Shown here piece after piece: positions 13,301 through 28,300 of a stretch of DNA of 64,000 nt (position 1 is the stretch's first letter; each line of letters opens with the position of its first letter). A model generated the notes under the pieces. That model searched no databases, was not told the origin of the DNA, and saw only the letters and a list, made by a program, of their open reading frames with translations. The stretch comes from the human T2T-CHM13v2.0 reference genome, Homo sapiens. The stretch lies in the NCBI RefSeq assembly GCF_009914755.1, contig NC_060943.1; one strand, 5' to 3'. Position numbers and translations under genes: made by a program.

Positions 13301-16300
13301 TGTATTCAACTCACAGAGTTGAACGATCCTTTACACAGAGCAGACTTGAAACACTCTTTTTGTGGAATTTGCAAGTGGAGATTTCAGCCGCTTTGAGGTC
13401 AATGGTAGAATAGGAAATATCTTCCTATAGAAACTAGACAGAATGATTCTCAGAAACTCCTTTGTGATGTGTGCGTTCAACTCACAGAGTTTAACCTTTC
13501 TTTTCATAGAGCAGTTGGGAAACACTCTGTTTGTAAAGTCTGCAAGTGGATATTCAGACATCCTTGAGGCTTTCGTTGGAAACGGGATTTCTTCATATTC
13601 TGCTAGAAAGAAGAATTCTCAGTAACTTCCTTGTGTTGTGTGTATTCAACTCACAGAGTTGAACGATCCTTTACACAGAGCAGACTTGAAACACTCCTTT
13701 TGTGGAATTTGCAAGTGGAGATTTCAGCCGCTTTGAGGTCAATGGTAGAATAGGAAATATCTTCCTATAGAAAGTAGACAGAATGATTCTCAGAAACTCC
13801 TTTGTGATGTGTGCGTTCAACTCACAGAGTTCAACCTTTCTTTTCATAGAGCAGTTGGGAAACACTCTGTTTGTAAAGTCTGCAAGTGGATATTCAGACT
13901 TCTTTGAGGCCTTCGTTGGAAGCGGGATTTCTTCATATTCTGCTAGACAGAAGAATTCTCAGTAACTGCCTTGTGTTGTGTGTATTCAACTCACAGAGTT
14001 GAACGATCCTTTACACAGAGCAGACTTGAAACACTCTTTTTGTGGAATTTGCAAGTGGAGATTTCAGCCGCTTTGAGTTCAATGGTAGAATAGGAAATAT
14101 CTTCCTATAGAAACTAGACAGAATGATTCTCAGAAACTCCTTTGTGATGTGTGCGTTCAACTCACAGAGTTTACCCTTTCTTTTCATAGAGCAGTTAGGA
14201 AACACTCTGTTTGTAAAGTCTGCAAGTGGATATTCAGACATCCTTGAGGCTTTCGTTGGAAACGGGATTTCTTCATATTCTGCCAGAAAGAAGAATTCTC
14301 AGTAACTTCCTTGTGTTGTGTGTATTCAACTCACAGAGTTGAACGATCCTTTACACAGAGCAGACTTGAAACACTCTTTTTGTGGAATTTGCAAGTGGAG
14401 ATTTCAGGCGCTTTGAGGTCAATGGTAGAATAGGAAATATCTTCCTATAGAAACTAGACAGAATGATTCTCAGAAACTCCTTTGTGATGTGTGCGTTCAA
14501 CTCACAGAGTTTAACCATTCTTTTCATAGAGCAGTTAGGAAACACTCTGTTTGTAAAGTCTGCAAGTGGATATTCAGACATCCTTGAGGCTTTCGTTGGA
14601 AACGGGATTTCTTCATATTCTGCTAGAAAGAAGAATTCTCAGTAACTTCCTTGTGTTGTGTGTATTCAACTCACAGAGTTGAACGATCCTTTACACAGAG
14701 CAGACTTGAAACACTCTTTTTGTGGAATTTGCAAGTGGAGATTTCAGCCGCTTTGAGGTCAATGGTAGAATAGGAAATATCTTCCTATAGAAACTAGACA
14801 GAATGATTCTCAGAAACTCCTTTGTGATGTGTGCGTTCAACTCACAGAGTTTAACCTTTCTTTTCATAGAGCAGTTGGGAAACACTCTGTTTGTAAAGTC
14901 TGCAAGTGGATATTCAGACATCCTTGAGGCTTTCGTTGGAAACGGGATTTCTTCATATTCTGCTAGAAAGAAGAATTCTCAGTAACTTCCTTGTGTTGTG
15001 TGTATTCAACTCACAGAGTTGAACGATCCTTTACACAGAGCAGACTTGAAACACTCTTTTTGTGGAATTTGCAAGTGGAGATTTCAGCCGCTTTGAGGTC
15101 AATGGTAGAATAGGAAATATCTTCCTATAGAAACTAGACAGAATGATTCTCAGAAACTCCTTTGTGATGTGTGCTTTCACCTCACAGAGTTCAACCTTTC
15201 TTTTCATAGAGCAGTTGGGAAACACTCTGTTTGTAAAGTCTGCAAGTGGATATTCAGACTTCTTTGAGGCCTTCGTTGGAAGCGGGATTTCTTCATATTC
15301 TGCTAGACAGAAGAATTCTCAGTAACTGCCTTGTGTTGTGTGTATTCAACTCACAGAGTTGAACGATCCTTTACACAGAGCAGACTTGAAACACTCTTTT
15401 TGTGGAATTTGCAAGTGGAGATTTCAGCCGCTTTGAGGTCAATGGTAGAATAGGAAATATCTTCCTATAGAAACTAGACAGAATGATTCTCAGAAACTCC
15501 TTTGTGATGTGTGCGTTCAACTCACAGAGTTCAACCTTTCTTTTCATAGAGCAGTTGGGAAACACTCTGTTTGTAAAGTCTGCAAGTGGATATTCAGACT
15601 TCTTTGAGGCCTTCGTTGGAAGCGGGATTTCTTCATATTCTGCTAGACAGAAGAATTCTCAGTAACTGCCTTGTGTTGTGTTTATTCAACTCACAGAGTT
15701 GAACGATCCTTTACACAGAGCAGACTTGAAACACTCTTTTTGTGGAATTTGCAAGTGGAGATTTCAGCCGCTTTGAGGTCAATGGTAGAATAGGAAATAT
15801 CTTCCTATAGAAACTAGACAGAATGATTCTCAGAAACTCCTTTGTGATGTGTGCGTTCAACTCACAGAGTTTAACCTTTCTTTTCATAGAGCAGTTAGGA
15901 AACACTCTGTTTGTAAAGTCTGCAAGTGGATATTCAGACATCCTTGAGGCTTTCGTTGGAAACGGGATTTCTTCATATTCTGCTAGAAAGAAGAATTCCC
16001 AGTAACTTCCTTGTGTTGTGTGTATTCAACTCACAGAGTTGAACGATCCTTTACACAGAGCAGACTTGAAACACTCTTTTTGTGGAATTTGCAAGTGGAG
16101 ATTTCAGCCGCTTTGAGGTCAATGGTAGAATAGGAAATATCTTCCTATAGAAACTAGACAGAATGATTCTCAGAAACTCCTTTGTGATGTGTGCGTTCAA
16201 CTCACACAGTTTAACCTTTCTTTTCATAGAGCAGTTAGGAAACACTCTGTTTGTAAAGTCTGCAAGTGGATATTCAGACCTCCTTGAGGCCTTCGTTGGA

Positions 16301-19300
16301 AACGGGATTTCTTCATATTATGCTAGACAGAAGAATTCTCAGGAACTTCCTTGTGTTGTGTGTATTCAACTCACAGAGTTGAACGATCCTTTACACAGAG
16401 CAGACTTGAAACACTCTTTTTGTGGAATTTGCAAGTGGAGATTTCAGCCGCTTTGAGTTCAATGGTAGAATAGGAAATATCTTCCTATAGAAAGTACAGA
16501 GAATGATTCTCAGAAACTGCTTTGTGATGTGTGCGTTCAACTCACAGAGTTCAACCTTTCTTTTCATAGAGCAGTTGGGAAACACTCTGTTTGTAAAGTC
16601 TGCAAGTGGATATTCAGACTTCTTTGAGGCCTTCGTTGGAAGCGGGATTTCTTCATATTCTGCTAGACAGAAGAATTCTCAGTAACTTCCTTGTGTTGTG
16701 TGTATTCAACTCACAGAGTTGAACGATCCTTTACACAGAGCAGACTTGAAACACTCTTTTTGTGGAATTTGCAAGTGGAGATTTCAGCCGCTTTGATGTC
16801 AACGGTAGAATAGGAAATATCTTCCTATAGAAACTAGACAGAATGATTCTCAGAAACTCCTTTGTGATGTGTGCGTTAAACTCACAGAGTTCAACCTTTC
16901 TTTTCATAGAGCAGTTGGGAAACACTCTGTTTGTAAAGTCTGCAAGTGGATATTCAGACTTCTTTGAGGCCTTCGTTGGAAGCGGGATTTCTTCATGTTC
17001 TGCTAGACAGAAGAATTCTCAGAAACTTCCTTGTGTTGTGTGTTTTCAACTCACAGAGTTGAACGATCCTTTACACAGAGCAGACTTGAAACACTCCTTT
17101 TGTGGAATTTGCAAGTGGAGATTTCAGCCGCTTTGAGGTCAATGGTAGAATAGGAAATATCTTCCTATAGAAAGTAGACAGAATGATTCTCAGAAACTCC
17201 TTTGTGATGTGTGCGTTCAACTCACAGAGTTTAACCTTTCTTTTCATAGAGCAGTTAGGAAACACTCTGTTTGTAAAGTCTGCAAGTGGATATTCAGACC
17301 TCCTTGAGGCCTTCTTTGGAAACAGGATTTCTTCATATTCTGCTAGACAGAAGAATTCTCAGTAACTTCCTTGTGTTGTGTGTATTCAACTCACAGAGTT
17401 GAACGATCCTTTACACAGAGCAGACTTGAAACACTCTTTTTGTGGAATTTGCAAGTGGAGATTTCAGCCGCTTTGAGTTCAATGGTAGAATAGGAAATAT
17501 CTTCCTATAGAAACTAGACAGAATGATTCTCATAACTCCTTTGTGATGTGTGCGTTCAACTCACAGAGTTCAACCTTTCTTTTCATAGAGCAGTTTGGAA
17601 ACACTCTGTTTGTAAAGTCTGCAAGTGGATATTCAGACTTCTTTGAGGCCTTCGTTGGAAGCGGGATTTCTTCATATTCTGCTAGACAGAAGAATTCTCA
17701 GTAACTGCCTTGTGTTGTGTGTATTCAACTCACAGAGTTGAACGATCCTTTACACAGAGCAGACTTGAAACACTCTTTTTGTGGAATTTGCAAGTGGAGA
17801 TTTCAGCCGCTTTGAGGTCAATGGTAGAATAGGAAATATCTTCCTATAGAAACTAGACAGAATGATTCTCAGAAACTCCTTTGTGATGTGTGCGTTCAAC
17901 TCACAGAGTTTACCCTTTCTTTTCATAGAGCAGTTAGGAAACACTCTGTTTGTAAAGTCTGCAAGTGGATATTCAGACATCCTTGAGGCTTTCGTTGGAA
18001 ACGGGATTTCTTCATATTCTGCCAGAAAGAAGAATTCTCAGTAACTTCCTTGTGTTGTGTGTATTCAACTCACAGAGTTGAACGATCCTTTACACAGAGC
18101 AGACTTGAAACACTCTTTTTGTGGAATTTGCAAGTGGAGATTTCAGCCGCTTTGAGGTCAATGGTAGAATAGGAAATATCTTCCTATAGAAACTAGACAG
18201 AATGATTCTCAGAAACTCCTTTGTGATGTGTGCGTTCAACTCACAGAGTTTAACCATTCTTTTCATAGAGCAGTTAGGAAACACTCTGTTTGTAAAGTCT
18301 GCAAGTGGATATTCAGACATCCTTGAGGCTTTCGTTGGAAACGGGATTTCTTCATATTCTGCTAGAAAGAAGAATTCTCAGTAACTTCCTTGTGTTGTGT
18401 GTATTCAACTCACAGAGTTGAACGATCCTTTACACAGAGCAGACTTGAAACACTCTTTTTGTGGAATTTGCAAGTGGAGATTTCAGCCGCTTTGAGGTCA
18501 ATGGTAGAATAGGAAATATCTTCCTATAGAAACTAGACAGAATGATTCTCAGAAACTCCTTTGTGATGTGTGCGTTCAACTCACAGAGTTTAACCTTTCT
18601 TTTCATAGAGCAGTTGGGAAACACTCTGTTTGTAAAGTCTGCAAGTGGATATTCAGACATCCTTGAGGCTTTCGTTGGAAACGGGATTTCTTCATATTCT
18701 GCTAGAAAGAAGAATTCTCAGTAACTTCCTTGTGTTGTGTGTATTCAACTCACAGAGTTGAACGATCCTTTACACAGAGCAGACTTGAAACACTCTTTTT
18801 GTGGAATTTGCAAGTGGAGATTTCAGCCGCTTTGAGGTCAATGGTAGAATAGGAAATATCTTCCTATAGAAACTAGACAGAATGATTCTCAGAAACTCCT
18901 TTGTGATGTGTGCGTTCAACTCACACAGTTTAACCTTTCTTTTCATAGAGCAGTTAGGAAACACTCTGTTTGTAAAGTCTGCAAGTGGATATTCAGACCT
19001 CCTTGAGGCCTTCGTTGGAAACGGGATTTCTTCATATTATGCTAGACAGAAGAATTCTCAGTAACTTCCTTGTGTTGTGTGTATTCAACTCACAGAGTTG
19101 AACGATCCTTTACACAGAGCAGACTTGAAACACTCCTTTTGTGGAATTTGCAAGTGGAGATTTCAGCCGCTTTGAGGTCAATGGTAGAATAGGAAATATC
19201 TTCCTATAGAAAGTAGACAGAATGATTCTCAGAAACTCCTTTGTGATGTGTGCGTTCAACTCACAGAGTTTAACCTTTCTTTTCATAGAGCAGTTAGGAA

Positions 19301-20240
19301 ACACTCTGTTTGTAAAGTCTGCAAGTGGATATTCAGACCTCCTTGAGGCCTTCGTTGGAAACGGGATTTCTTCATATTATGCTAGACAGAAGAATTCTCA
19401 GTAACTTCCTTGTGTTGTGTGTATTCAACTCACAGAGTTGAACGATCCTTTACACAGAGCAGACTTGAAACACTCTTTTTGTGGAATTTGCAAGTGGAGA
19501 TTTCAGCCGCTTTGAGTTCAATGGTAGAATAGGAAATATCTTCCTATAGAAACTAGACAGAATGATTCTCATAACTCCTTTGTGATGTGTGCGTTCAACT
19601 CACAGAGTTCAACCTTTCTTTTCATAGAGCAGTTGGGAAACACTCTGTTTGTAAAGTCTGCAAGTGGATATTCAGACTTCTTTGAGGCCTTCGTTGGAAG
19701 CGGGATTTCTTCATATTCTGCTAGACAGAAGAATTCTCAGTAACTGCCTTGTGTTGTGTGTATTCAACTCACAGAGTTGAACGATCCTTTACACAGAGCA
19801 GACTTGAAACACTCTTTTTGTGGAATTTGCAAGTGGAGATTTCAGCCGCTTTGAGGTCAATGGTAGAATAGGAAATATCTTCCTATAGAAACTAGACAGA
19901 ATGATTCTCAGAAACTCCTTTGTGATGTGTGCGTTCAACTCACAGAGTTTAACCTTTCTTTTCATAGAGCAGTTAGGAAACACTCTGTTTGTAAAGTCTG
20001 GAAGTGGATATTCAGACCTCCTTGAGGCCTTCGTTGGAAACGGGATTTCTTCATATTATGCTAGACAGAAGAATTCTCAGTAACTTCCTTGTGTTGTGTG
20101 TATTCAACTCACAGAGTTGAACGATCCTTTACACAGAGCAGACTTGAAACACTCTTTTTGTGGAATTTGCAAGTGGAGATTTCAGCCGCTTTGAGGTCAA
20201 TGGTAGAATAGGAAATATCTTCCTATAGAAACTAGACAGA

Positions 20241-23200
20241 ATGATTCTCAGAAACTCCTTTGTGATGTGTGCGTTCAACACACAGAGTTCAACCTTTCTT
20301 TTCATAGAGCAGTTGGGAAACACTCTGTTTGTAAAGTCTGCAAGTGGATATTCAGACTTCTTTGAGGCCTTCGTTGGAAGCGGGATTTCTTCATATTCTG
20401 CTAGACAGAAGAATTCTCAGTAACTGCCTTGTGTTGTGTGTATTCAACTCACAGAGTTGAACGATCCTTTACACAGAGCAGACTTGAAACACTCTTTTTG
20501 TGGAATTTGCAAGTGGAGATTTCAGCCGCTTTGAGGTCAATGGTAGAATAGGAAATATCTTCCTATAGAAACTAGACAGAATGATTCTCAGAAACTCCTT
20601 TGTGATGTGTGCGTTCAACTCACAGAGTTTACCCTTTCTTTTCATAGAGCAGTTAGGAAACACTCTGTTTGTAAAGTCTGCAAGTGGATATTCAGACATC
20701 CTTGAGGCTTTCGTTGGAAACGGGATTTCTTCATATTCTGCCAGAAAGAAGAATTCTCAGTAACTTCCTTGTGTTGTGTGTATTCAACTCACAGAGTTGA
20801 ACGATCCTTTACACAGAGCAGACTTGAAACACTCTTTTTGTGGAATTTGCAAGTGGAGATTTCAGCCGCTTTGAGGTCAATGGTAGAATAGGAAATATCT
20901 TCCTATAGAAACTAGACAGAATGATTCTCAGAAACTCCTTTGTGATGTGTGCGTTCAACTCACAGAGTTTAACCTTTCTTTTCATAGAGCAGTTAGGAAA
21001 CACTCTGTTTGTAAAGTCTGGAAGTGGATATTCAGACCTCCTTGAGGCCTTCGTTGGAAACGGGATTTCTTCATATTATGCTAGACAGAAGAATTCTCAG
21101 TAACTTCCTTGTGTTGTGTGTATTCAACTCACAGAGTTGAACGATCCTTTACACAGAGCAGACTTGAAACACTCTTTTTGTGGAATTTGCAAGTGGAGAT
21201 TTCAGCCGCTTTGAGGTCAATGGTAGAATAGGAAATATCTTCCTATAGAAACTAGACAGAATGATTCTCAGAAACTCCTTTGTGATGTGTGCGTTCAACT
21301 CACAGAGTTCAACCTTTCTTTTCATAGAGCAGTTTGGAAACACTCTGTTTGTAAAGTCTGCAAGTGGATATTCAGACTTCTTTGAGGCCTTCGTTGGAAG
21401 CGGGATTTCTTCATATTCTGCTAGACAGAAGAATTCTCAGTAACTGCCTTGTGTTGTGTGTATTCAACTCACAGAGTTGAACGATCCTTTACACAGAGCA
21501 GACTTGAAACACTCTTTTTGTGGAATTTGCAAGTGGAGATTTCAGCCGCTTTGAGGTCAATGGTAGAATAGGAAATATCTTCCTATAGAAACTAGACAGA
21601 ATGATTCTCAGAAACTCCTTTGTGATGTGTGCGTTCAACTCACAGAGTTTACCCTTTCTTTTCATAGAGCAGTTAGGAAACACTCTGTTTGTAAAGTCTG
21701 CAAGTGGATATTCAGACATCCTTGAGGCTTTCGTTGGAAACGGGATTTCTTCATATTCTGCCAGAAAGAAGAATTCTCAGTAACTTCCTTGTGTTGTGTG
21801 TATTCAACTCACAGAGTTGAACGATCCTTTACACAGAGCAGACTTGAAACACTCTTTTTGTGGAATTTGCAAGTGGAGATTTCAGCCGCTTTGAGGTCAA
21901 TGGTAGAATAGGAAATATCTTCCTATAGAAACTAGACAGAATGATTCTCAGAAACTCCTTTGTGATGTGTGCGTTCAACTCACAGAGTTTAACCATTCTT
22001 TTCATAGAGCAGTTAGGAAACACTCTGTTTGTAAAGTCTGCAAGTGGATATTCAGACATCCTTGAGGCTTTCGTTGGAAACGGGATTTCTTCATATTCTG
22101 CTAGAAAGAAGAATTCTCAGTAACTTCCTTGTGTTGTGTGTATTCAACTCACAGAGTTGAACGATCCTTTACACAGAGCAGACTTGAAACACTCTTTTTG
22201 TGGAATTTGCAAGTGGAGATTTCAGCCGCTTTGAGGTCAATGGTAGAATAGGAAATATCTTCCTATAGAAACTAGACAGAATGATTCTCAGAAACTCCTT
22301 TGTGATGTGTGCGTTCAACTCACAGAGTTTAACCTTTCTTTTCATAGAGCAGTTGGGAAACACTCTGTTTGTAAAGTCTGCAAGTGGATATTCAGACATC
22401 CTTGAGGCTTTCGTTGGAAACGGGATTTCTTCATATTCTGCTAGAAAGAAGAATTCTCAGTAACTTCCTTGTGTTGTGTGTATTCAACTCACAGAGTTGA
22501 ACGATCCTTTACACAGAGCAGACTTGAAACACTCTTTTTGTGGAATTTGCAAGTGGAGATTTCAGCCGCTTTGAGGTCAATGGTAGAATAGGAAATATCT
22601 TCCTATAGAAACTAGACAGAATGATTCTCAGAAACTCCTTTGTGATGTGTGCGTTCAAATCACACAGTTTAACCTTTCTTTTCATAGAGCAGTTAGGAAA
22701 CACTCTGTTTGTAAAGTCTGCAAGTGGATATTCAGACCTCCTTGAGGCCTTCGTTGGAAACGGGATTTCTTCATATTATGCTAGACAGAAGAATTCTCAG
22801 TAACTTCCTTGTGTTGTGTGTATTCAACTCACAGAGTTGAACGATCCTTTACACAGAGCAGACTTGAAACACTCTTTTTGTGGAATTTGCAAGTGGAGAT
22901 TTCAGCCGCTTTGAGGTCAATGGTAGAATAGGAAATATCTTCCTATAGAAACTAGACAGAATGATTCTCAGAAACTCCTTTGTGATGTGTGCGTTCAACA
23001 CACAGAGTTCAACCTTTCTTTTCATAGAGCAGTTGGGAAACACTCTGTTTGTAAAGTCTGCAAGTGGATATTCAGACTTCTTTGAGGCCTTCGTTGGAAG
23101 CGGGATTTCTTCATATTCTGCTAGACAGAAGAATTCTCAGTAACTGCCTTGTGTTGTGTGTATTCAACTCACAGAGTTGAACGGTCCTTTACACAGAGCA

Positions 23201-25340
23201 GACTTGAAACACTCTTTTTGTGGAATTTGCAAGTGGAGATTTCAGCCGCTTTGAGGTCAATGGTAGAATAGGAAATATCTTCCTATAGAAACTCGACAGA
23301 ATGATTCTCAGAAACTCCTTTGTGATGTGTGCGTTCAACTCACAGAGTTTACCCTTTCTTTTCATAGAGCAGTTAGGAAACACTCTGTTTGTAAAGTCTG
23401 CAAGTGGATATTCAGACATCCTTGAGGCTTTCGTTGGAAACGGGATTTCTTCATATTCTGCCAGAAAGAAGAATTCTCAGTAACTTCCTTGTGTTGTGTG
23501 TATTCAACTCACAGAGTTGAACGATCCTTTACACAGAGCAGACTTGAAACACTCTTTTTGTGGAATTTGCAAGTGGAGATTTCAGCCGCTTTGAGGTCAA
23601 TGGTAGAATAGGAAATATCTTCCTATAGAAACTAGACAGAATGATTCTCAGAAACTCCTTTGTGATGTGTGCGTTCAACTCACAGAGTTTAACCTTTCTT
23701 TTCATAGAGCAGTTAGGAAACACTCTGTTTGTAAAGTCTGGAAGTGGATATTCAGACCTCCTTGAGGCCTTCGTTGGAAACGGGATTTCTTCATATTATG
23801 CTAGACAGAAGAATTCTCAGTAACTTCCTTGTGTTGTGTGTATTCAACTCACAGAGTTGAACGATCCTTTACACAGAGCAGACTTGAAACACTCTTTTTG
23901 TGGAATTTGCAAGTGGAGATTTCAGCCGCTTTGAGGTCAATGGTAGAATAGGAAATATCTTCCTATAGAAACTAGACAGAATGATTCTCAGAAACTCCTT
24001 TGTGATGTGTGCGTTCAACTCACAGAGTTCAACCTTTCTTTTCATAGAGCAGTTTGGAAACACTCTGTTTGTAAAGTCTGCAAGTGGATATTCAGACTTC
24101 TTTGAGGCCTTCGTTGGAAGCGGGATTTCTTCATATTCTGCTAGACAGAAGAATTCTCAGTAACTGCCTTGTGTTGTGTGTATTCAACTCACAGAGTTGA
24201 ACGATCCTTTACACAGAGCAGACTTGAAACACTCTTTTTGTGGAATTTGCAAGTGGAGATTTCAGCCGCTTTGAGGTCAATGGTAGAATAGGAAATTTCT
24301 TCCTATAGAAACTAGACAGAATGATTCTCAGAAACTCCTTTGTGATGTGTGCGTTCAACTCACAGAGTTTACCCTTTCTTTTCATAGAGCAGTTAGGAAA
24401 CACTCTGTTTGTAAAGTCTGCAAGTGGATATTCAGACATCCTTGAGGCTTTCGTTGGAAACGGGATTTCTTCATATTCTGCCAGAAAGAAGAATTCTCAG
24501 TAACTTCCTTCTGTTGTGTGTATTCAACTCACAGAGTTGAACGATCCTTTACACAGAGCAGACTTGAAACACTCTTTTTGTGGAATTTGCAAGTGGAGAT
24601 TTCAGCCGCTTTGAGGTCAATGGTAGAATAGGAAATATCTTCCTATAGAAACTAGACAGAATGATTCTCAGAAACTCCTTTGTGATGTGTGCGTTCAACT
24701 CACAGAGTTTAACCATTCTTTTCATAGAGCAGTTAGGAAACACTCTGTTTGTAAAGTCTGCAAGTGGATATTCAGACATCCTTGAGGCTTTCGTTGGAAA
24801 CGGGATTTCTTCATATTCTGCTAGAAAGAAGAATTCTCAGTAACTTCCTTGTGTTGTGTGTATTCAACTCACAGAGTTGAACGATCCTTTACACAGAGCA
24901 GACTTGAAACACTCTTTTTGTGGAATTTGCAAGTGGAGATTTCAGCCGCTTTGAGGTCAATGGTAGAATAGGAAATATCTTCCTATAGAAACTAGACAGA
25001 ATGATTCTCAGAAACTCCTTTGTGATGTGTGCGTTCAACTCACAGAGTTTAACCTTTCTTTTCATAGAGCAGTTGGGAAACACTCTGTTTGTAAAGTCTG
25101 CAAGTGGATATTCAGACATCCTTGAGGCTTTCGTTGGAAACGGGATTTCTTCATATTCTGCTAGAAAGAAGAATTCTCAGTAACTTCCTTGTGTTGTGTG
25201 TATTCAACTCACAGAGTTGAACGATCCTTTACACAGAGCAGACTTGAAACACTCTTTTTGTGGAATTTGCAAGTGGAGATTTCAGCCGCTTTGAGGTCAA
25301 TGGTAGAATAGGAAATATCTTCCTATAGAAACTAGACAGA
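20241..25340 (+). repeat. 8-dimer (2720 bp) tandem duplication, about 1.9 copies
   Basis: CAACACAC variant at 20280 and 23000, each followed by the same order of dimer variants. Confidence 0.8.
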
Positions 25341-28300
25341 ATGATTCTCAGAAACTCCTTTGTGATGTGTGCGTTCAACTCACAGAGTTTAACCTTTCTT
25401 TTCATAGAGCAGTTGGGAAACACTCTGTTTGTAAAGTCTGCAAGTGGATATTCAGACATCCTTGAGGCTTTCGTTGGAAACGGGATTTCTTCATATTCTG
25501 CTAGAAAGAAGAATTCTCAGTAACTTCCTTGTGTTGTGTGTATTCAACTCACAGAGTTGAACGATCCTTTACACAGAGCAGACTTGAAACACTCTTTTTG
25601 TGGAATTTGCAAGTGGAGATTTCAGCCGCTTTGAGGTCAATGGTAGAATAGGAAATATCTTCCTATAGAAACTAGACAGAATGATTCTCAGAAACTCCTT
25701 TGTGATGTGTGCGTTCAACTCACACAGTTTAACCTTTCTTTTCATAGAGCAGTTAGGAAACACTCTGTTTGTAAAGTCTGCAAGTGGATATTCAGACCTC
25801 CTTGAGGCCTTCGTTGGAAACGGGATTTCTTCATATTATGCTAGACAGAAGAATTCTCAGTAACTTCCTTGTGTTGTGTGTATTCAACTCACAGAGTTGA
25901 ACGATCCTTTACACAGAGCAGACTTGAAACACTCCTTTTGTGGAATTTGCAAGTGGAGATTTCAGCCGCTTTGAGGTCAATGGTAGAATAGGAAATATCT
26001 TCCTATAGAAAGTAGACAGAATGATTCTCAGAAACTCCTTTGTGATGTGTGCGTTCAACTCACAGAGTTTAACCTTTCTTTTCATAGAGCAGTTAGGAAA
26101 CACTCTGTTTGTAAAGTCTGCAAGTGGATATTCAGACCTCCTTGAGGCCTTCGTTGGAAACGGGATTTCTTCATATTATGCTAGACAGAAGAATTCTCAG
26201 TAACTTCCTTGTGTTGTGTGTATTCAACTCACAGAGTTGAACGATCCTTTACACAGAGCAGACTTGAAACACTCTTTTTGTGGAATTTGCAAGTGGAGAT
26301 TTCAGCCGCTTTGAGTTCAATGGTAGAATAGGAAATATCTTCCTATAGAAACTAGACAGAATGATTCTCAGAAACTCCTTTGTGATGTGTGCGTTCACCT
26401 CACAGAGTTCAACCTTTCTTTTCATAGAGCAGTTGGGAAACACTCTGTTTGTAAAGTCTGCAAGTGGATATTCAGACTTCTTTGAGGCCTTCGTTGGAAG
26501 CGGGATTTCTTCATATTCTGCTAGACAGAAGAATTCTCAGTAACTGCCTTGTGTTGTGTGTATTCAACTCACAGAGTTGAACGATCCTTTACACAGAGCA
26601 GACTTGAAACACTCTTTTTGTGGAATTTGCAAGTGGAGATTTCAGCCGCTTTGAGGTCAATGGTAGAATAGGAAATATCTTCCTATAGAAACTAGACAGA
26701 ATGATTCTCAGAAACTCCTTTGTGATGTGTGCGTTCAACTCACAGAGTTTAACCTTTCTTTTCATAGAGCAGTTAGGAAACACTCTGTTTGTAAAGTCTG
26801 CAAGTGGATATTCAGACCTCCTTGAGGCCTTCGTTGGAAACGGGATTTCTTCATATTATGCTAGACAGAAGAATTCTCAGTAACTTCCTTGTGTTGTGTG
26901 TATTCAACTCACAGAGTTGAACGATCCTTTACACAGAGCAGACTTGAAACACTCTTTTTGTGGAATTTGCAAGTGGAGATTTCAGCCGCTTTGAGGTCAA
27001 TGGTAGAATAGGAAATATCTTCCTATAGAAACTAGACAGAATGATTCTCAGAAACTCCTTTGTGATGTGTGCGTTCAACTCACAGAGTTCAACCTTTCTT
27101 TTCATAGAGCAGTTGGGAAACACTCTGTTTGTAAAGTCTGCAAGTGGATATTCAGACTTCTTTGAGGCCTTCGTTGGAAGCGGGATTTCTTCATATTCTG
27201 CTAGACAGAAGAATTCTCAGTAACTTACTTGTGTTGTGTGTATTCAACTCACAGAGTTGAACGATCCTTTACACAGAGCAGACTTGAAACACTCTTTTTG
27301 TGGAATTTGCAAGTGGAGATTTCAGCCGCTTTGAGGTCAATGGTAGAATAGGAAATATCTTCCTATAGAAACTAGACAGAATGATTCTCAGAAACTCCTT
27401 TGTGATGTGTGCGTTCAACTCACAGAGTTTAACCTTTCTTTTCATAGAGCAGTTGGGAAACACTCTGTTTGTAAAGTCTGCAAGTGGATATTCAGACATC
27501 CTTGAGGCTTTCGTTGGAAACGGGATTTCTTCATATTCTGCTAGAAAGAAGAATTCTCAGTAACTTCCTTGTGTTGTGTGTATTCAACTCACAGAGTTGA
27601 ACGATCCTTTACACAGAGCAGACTTGAAACACTCTTTTTGTGGAATTTGCAAGTGGAGATTTCAGCCGCTTTGAGGTCAATGGTAGAATAGGAAATATCT
27701 TCCTATAGAAACTAGACAGAATGATTCTCAGAAACTCCTTTGTGATGTGTGCGTTCAACTCACACAGTTTAACCTTTCTTTTCATAGAGCAGTTAGGAAA
27801 CACTCTGTTTGTAAAGTCTGCAAGTGGATATTCAGACCTCCTTGAGGCCTTCGTTGGAAACGGGATTTCTTCATATTATGCTAGACAGAAGAATTCTCAG
27901 TAACTTCCTTGTGTTGTGTGTATTCAACTCACAGAGTTGAACGATCCTTTACACAGAGCAGACTTGAAACACTCCTTTTGTGGAATTTGCAAGTGGAGAT
28001 TTCAGCCGCTTTGAGGTCAATGGTAGAATAGGAAATATCTTCCTATAGAAAGTAGACAGAATGATTCTCAGAAACTCCTTTGTGATGTGTGCGTTCAACT
28101 CACAGAGTTTAACCTTTCTTTTCATAGAGCAGTTAGGAAACACTCTGTTTGTAAAGTCTGCAAGTGGATATTCAGACCTCCTTGAGGCCTTCGTTGGAAA
28201 CGGGATTTCTTCATATTATGCTAGACAGAAGAATTCTCAGTAACTTCCTTGTGTTGTGTGTATTCAACTCACATAGTTGAACGATCCTTTACACAGAGCA

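Larger units (their letters stand above)
186..19561 (+). repeat. Large tandem duplication within the array: copy 1 186-10723 (31 dimers, 10538 bp), copy 2 10724-19561 (26 dimers, 8838 bp)
   Basis: Rare variants occur in the same order in both copies: EcoRI loss GAATTT 1035/11573, GCTTTCACC in dimers 4945/15143, doubly mutated CENP-B box 7113/17311. Offsets step from 10538 to 10198 to 8838. Confidence 0.85.
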
